DNA of 64,000 bases, from positions 103,362 through 167,361 of the forward strand of contig JAMCTH010000003.1 of the NCBI GenBank assembly GCA_023379025.1, read 5' to 3'. Source of the DNA: Patescibacteria group bacterium. GTDB taxonomy: Bacteria; Patescibacteriota; Microgenomatia; UBA10105; UBA927. Below, in pieces: positions 60,819 through 64,000 of this stretch. The notes beneath the pieces are model-generated. The model saw only the letters and a list, made by a program, of their open reading frames with translations. It did no database searches and was not told where the DNA came from. The position numbers and the translations under genes are program-made. The first letter of the stretch is position 1, and each line of letters starts with the position of its first letter.

Positions 60819-61205
60819 ATGTTTAACCCCCTTACGGATGAAGAACGGCAGGTAATTGAGGGAAAAGCCACAGAACCGCCATTTTCCGGCGAGTACGATA
60901 ATTTTTACCGGGAAGGGACCTATATCTGCCGGAAATGCAACGCTCCCCTTTTTTCATCACGGGCGAAGTTTGATGCAGGGTGCGGCTGGCCCGCATTTGA
61001 CGAGAACTACCCGGATGCAGTATGCCGTACACCCGATCCGGACGGACGCCGAACCGAAATATCCTGCAAACACTGCGGAGCCCACCTGGGACACGTATTT
61101 GTCGGAGAACGGTTCACCCCGAAAGATACGCGCCACTGCGTCAACTCACTGTCCATCAATTTCATCCCTACCGGATCAATGATTCCGGAGCTCATAACAT
61201 CGTAA
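60819..61205 (+). CDS. msrB: Peptide methionine-R-sulfoxide reductase
   Basis: TEPPFSG, CxxC, GCGWPAF, HLGHVF, RHCVNS. Confidence 0.96.
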   Translation: MFNPLTDEERQVIEGKATEPPFSGEYDNFYREGTYICRKCNAPLFSSRAKFDAGCGWPAFDENYPDAVCRTPDPDGRRTEISCKHCGAHLGHVFVGERFTPKDTRHCVNSLSINFIPTGSMIPELITS

Positions 61206-61230
61206 ATTCCGGTAGTGGGTCAATTTGAAA

Positions 61231-61407
61231 TCAATCAACGGAAGGTTTGAGTGAGACAATCATTTCCCGATTGATAACTACCGAATGCTCGGTATGCTTT
61301 TGTTCGAAGGTAACGAAGCGGTTTTGTTCAATTTTCTTCCGGACAGTTAATAAATCATCTTTTACCGTTACGCTGTCTTTTGTAACGAGTTCAATAATAG
61401 TACCCAT
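61231..61407 (-). CDS. Small hypothetical passenger protein, 58 aa
   Basis: ORF preceded by TATAAT, ending just inside the left TIR. Confidence 0.55.
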   Translation of the reverse strand: MGTIIELVTKDSVTVKDDLLTVRKKIEQNRFVTFEQKHTEHSVVINREMIVSLKPSVD

Positions 61408-61440
61408 ACATATTACATTATAGCAAAACAATAATAGCGA

Positions 61441-61593
61441 TCATTTTCTCATCTCTTTTTTCCAAAATATATAAACTATATACGATAAGCAGCCCACAAC
61501 CACAAGTTCAAATCCAAATAACTTCCATACGATAAGAGAGAGTATAAGTGTAAAATAGAAACTATCTACAAAAGACTCGAAAAACTTTTTCAT
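61441..61593 (-). CDS. 50-aa hydrophobic peptide (not in the ORF track)
   Basis: MKKFFESFVDSFYFTLILSLIVWKLFGFELVVVGCLSYIVYIFWKKEMRK; TGGTATAAT 8 nt upstream. Confidence 0.6.
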   Translation of the reverse strand: MKKFFESFVDSFYFTLILSLIVWKLFGFELVVVGCLSYIVYIFWKKEMRK

Positions 61594-61671
61594 TAAAATT
61601 GATTATACCACTTTTCCTCGAGGCTAAAATTTGACACTCAAGAAAAATGATGTAGTATACTGGTTTTGTAA

Positions 61672-61909
61672 CCGGAGACGGCTCACCTAATAACTGTTAA
61701 CACCTAGTCAGTGTTAAAATTGCGGGTTATACCGCACTATTACATACCGCTTCAGTCCGTCTTTTGACGGAGGAAGCGGTTTTACTTGTGCAAATACGCA
61801 CACCGCATCTCACCTCCTTTACAGTATGGGTAACTACGTGCCCATAAATCCCCAAAAAATAGGCTGTAGGCCACTTCTGTAAAGACAGTTTTCGGTGAGC
61901 CGCTCCGAT
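61672..61909 (-). ncRNA. Candidate ~240-nt structured RNA with a convergent antisense promoter
   Basis: 5'/3' closing stem, at least six internal helices, extended -10 right before the 5' end, opposing TTGACA promoter. Confidence 0.65.
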
Positions 61910-61992
61910 GCGGAGTATACCACTTTTTACCAGTACTTTCGAGGCTAAAATGACGTTTTTTGCACGACTTATAAACGGCTTGCTAAATCAAT

Positions 61993-62835
61993 CTAATCTA
62001 CAATTTTTATTATATCCTCAATCTTCCAAATCCTATCGGTTACTCCCGCCGCCATTGCCGGTGTTTTTCCGAACGAACGTTTCAGGTTCAAAGACTTATG
62101 CGCTCGGCAGAAGTTGTAGTACATGAAATGGAGCGCTACGGCGGCTTCTAGGTTCTGTATTTTCTTTGAGAATGCGTTTGTCAGACGGGTGAAACGCCGC
62201 ATACCCATTCTCATCGTGAGATTTTGCCGCTCTACATAACTTGTGGATACTTTCGTCATATCGGGCTTTCCTTGTATGACATGCTTTTCTGAAGCGATAC
62301 ATTCTGACGGGCTGTATCGTGTATCACCTTCTTGTTGCGGCCCGTACAATTTTACCAACGTGCCATAGTCTACTTCAGAACCAAACGCTTCTTCTATGGC
62401 CCAGAGATATGGTCTATGACCATCCGTAGTAATCTGTACCCGATTAGCAAGCCGACTCTTGAGGTCTTGCATAAACTCGTTTGCGCAAACGGCGTCTCGT
62501 CGTCCGATAAGCCAGCTTGGTACGAGTTTCGTATCAGCATCGAGCGCCGTCCATGTCCATACGTCCCCATATCCGAACTCGCCTTTATGTGCTTCCGGTA
62601 CATTTTTGTCTTTGGCATAGCAGAATGACCAGATTTCATCACACTGTATGTGTTTGCATGGGAGGTTACGAAACACTTTGTCCTGATATTCGGCACATGC
62701 TTGGCCAACAGAGGCAAGAAGACGGGTTACAGTCCCTTTCGCTATCCCCGTCATACGGCACGTGGCACGGATTGAGTTACCTTCTACAAGGCATGTAATT
62801 ACTCTTGTTTTCTCCTCAAGGTTTAATGCGTTCAT
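61993..62835 (-). CDS. IS1-family DDE transposase
   Basis: HTH EGNSIRATCR, CDEIW, TTDG, VERQNLTMR..RRFTRLT..FSKK, YNFCR. Confidence 0.92.
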   Translation of the reverse strand: MNALNLEEKTRVITCLVEGNSIRATCRMTGIAKGTVTRLLASVGQACAEYQDKVFRNLPCKHIQCDEIWSFCYAKDKNVPEAHKGEFGYGDVWTWTALDADTKLVPSWLIGRRDAVCANEFMQDLKSRLANRVQITTDGHRPYLWAIEEAFGSEVDYGTLVKLYGPQQEGDTRYSPSECIASEKHVIQGKPDMTKVSTSYVERQNLTMRMGMRRFTRLTNAFSKKIQNLEAAVALHFMYYNFCRAHKSLNLKRSFGKTPAMAAGVTDRIWKIEDIIKIVD

Positions 62836-62903
62836 ATGGTCTTATTATACTTGACCGCTCAAGCATTGTCGGGGGGTATTTTCTAATGTGGTACAATGCG
62901 GGT

Positions 62904-63194
62904 ATGGTCGATATTAAAAAACCCACAGACGTTGCGAATGATATTGCTAAAGCGCAAAAAGTCTATGAAAGCTTAGGAGAAGAGTTTGTTAAGGCTAATA
63001 ATGGTAAGTTCATTTCTGTTGAACCAACCTCTGGAGAACATTTTGTAGGTAATACAAGAGAAGAAGCTGTTAAACTCGCAAACGCTAAATATAAGGGAAA
63101 AGTAGTTTTTACTCGAAGAATAGGAACATTAGAAAAAGTTGCCCTTCATTCTTCCCTAACTTTGGGCGGAAACGTATATGCTAGCTTATTTTGA
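62904..63194 (+). CDS. DUF5678-like small protein
   Basis: GKFISVE..GEHFVG..EAV..FTRRIG; overlaps the protease start. Confidence 0.6.
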   Translation: MVDIKKPTDVANDIAKAQKVYESLGEEFVKANNGKFISVEPTSGEHFVGNTREEAVKLANAKYKGKVVFTRRIGTLEKVALHSSLTLGGNVYASLF

Positions 63195-63588
63195 CGCCCA
63201 AGATGGAAGTGCAAAGGTAGTCATAAAAATTAGAGCCTCTAAACGAAAGCCAAAGGAAATAATCGCCTTATTAGATACAGGTCATAATGGTAGTTTATCT
63301 TTACCTCTTTGGGATTTAATTGAAATTGGGGCAAAGCTAAAAAGCTTTGAGCCAGTAGGCTTAGCTGATGGAAGAGAAGTAATAATGTACTTCTTTGAAG
63401 TAAAAGTCGAAATGGATGGCGTTGAAAAAGTAGTGTTAGCCAGTATGATAGAAAATCCTAAAATTAAGGAGGCTATTGTCGGGTTAGAATTACTTTCGCC
63501 ATATATTGCCTTTATAGATTTCAAAAATAAGAAGATTGATATTACTACGGAAGCACAACTTAAGAAGGATTTAGTCGCTAAAAAATAA
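63178..63588 (+). CDS. Clan AA (retropepsin-like) aspartic protease
   Basis: ALLDTG, LADG flap, IVGLELL. Confidence 0.88.
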   Translation: MLAYFDAQDGSAKVVIKIRASKRKPKEIIALLDTGHNGSLSLPLWDLIEIGAKLKSFEPVGLADGREVIMYFFEVKVEMDGVEKVVLASMIENPKIKEAIVGLELLSPYIAFIDFKNKKIDITTEAQLKKDLVAKK

Positions 63589-63777
63589 TTATTTACCCCA
63601 ACGCTTTATAGCAGCTTTTTTTGCTATTTCTATTCTTCTTTTTTCAGTTAATTTTGCCGCCCGTGCTTTACCACCAACCAAACCGCCAAGCCTTCCAAGA
63701 GCAACAGCCGCAGGATTTTTCTCATGTGTTGCCTCTCGCACAATTTTTCCAGCGAGTTTGTTTATATCCATGACCAT
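63589..63777 (-). CDS. Small basic protein (KGG-like motif)
   Basis: KNPAAVALGRLGGLVGGKARAAKLT..AKKAAIKRW. Confidence 0.75.
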   Translation of the reverse strand: MVMDINKLAGKIVREATHEKNPAAVALGRLGGLVGGKARAAKLTEKRRIEIAKKAAIKRWGK

Positions 63778-63903
63778 AGGGTATCATGAGGATACATGAG
63801 CGGTCAAGAAGCCTAGAGTTCAAATTGACCCACTACCTAAATTCCGTATTTCTCGATAAGCACCCGTTTACAGTGATATAATAATCCCGTCAGAAAGCTA
63901 CAT

Positions 63904-63959
63904 TGCCGGATCGTCTAACGGCCTGCCCGCAGTGCTACGCAAGCGTTGCAGGCGGGTAG
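63904..63959 (+). other. tRNA(Gln-like) 5' fragment interrupted by a REP-like hairpin
   Basis: TGCCGGATCGTCTAACGG + 35-bp hairpin + TAG; TGATATAAT upstream. Confidence 0.55.
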
Positions 63960-63964
63960 TATTT

Positions 63965-64000
63965 ATGAAATTTTATTATACGTATGTTCTGAAAAGCTTA
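63965..64000 (+). CDS. GIY-YIG nuclease, 5' end (truncated by the window)
   Basis: MKFYYTYVLKSL. Confidence 0.6.
   Translation, partial: MKFYYTYVLKSL

Larger units (their letters stand above)
61211..63837. mobile_element. IS1-family element with passenger genes, 2627 bp
   Basis: Perfect 19-bp TIR GGTAGTGGGTCAATTTGAA at both ends; 8-bp TSD TAAATTCC at 61203-61210 and 63838-63845; AT-richer. Confidence 0.95.

Noticed and set aside
1-64000. CRISPR array or cas genes
   Set aside because: No run of identical 25-45 bp repeats with unique spacers and no Cas-like ORF was seen; the 13-bp repeats at 18372-18543 are too short and mixed in orientation.

Overview
Bacterial chromosomal window, most likely Patescibacteria/CPR (Microgenomates-like). 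That assignment is inference from the class I LysRS, -10 boxes placed directly before start codons, and short palindromic repeat families. Contents in order: a translation cluster (serS, rdgB, a GIY-YIG cassette, an HD protein, class I LysRS fused to a B3/B4 domain, greA) and tRNA-Glu(CTC). Next is a ~12.4 kb island bounded by an 8-bp repeat of the tRNA 3' end, carrying a PLD-SNF2 helicase, KilA-N, an Eco57I-like methyltransferase, a PD-(D/E)XK protein, a thermonuclease and an M23-wHTH fusion. Core genes follow: a two-component system with htrA, lon, a 2-oxoacid:ferredoxin oxidoreductase, a complete SUF operon, MshA/MshB-like genes, a MacAB-type exporter, envelope enzymes, a copper/thiol-redox cluster with a second two-component system, and msrB. 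The window ends with a complete 2.63 kb IS1-family element (19-bp inverted repeats, 8-bp target duplication) carrying cargo, then a tRNA 5' fragment and the start of a GIY-YIG gene. The strongest novelty candidates are a ~240-nt structured sense/antisense RNA locus inside the IS1-family element, the LysRS1-B3/B4 fusion, the tRNA-island defence module, a 140-bp hairpin MITE in two copies, a 6S-like RNA and a greA attenuator. All family calls come from motif recognition by eye; no searches or folding programs were run.
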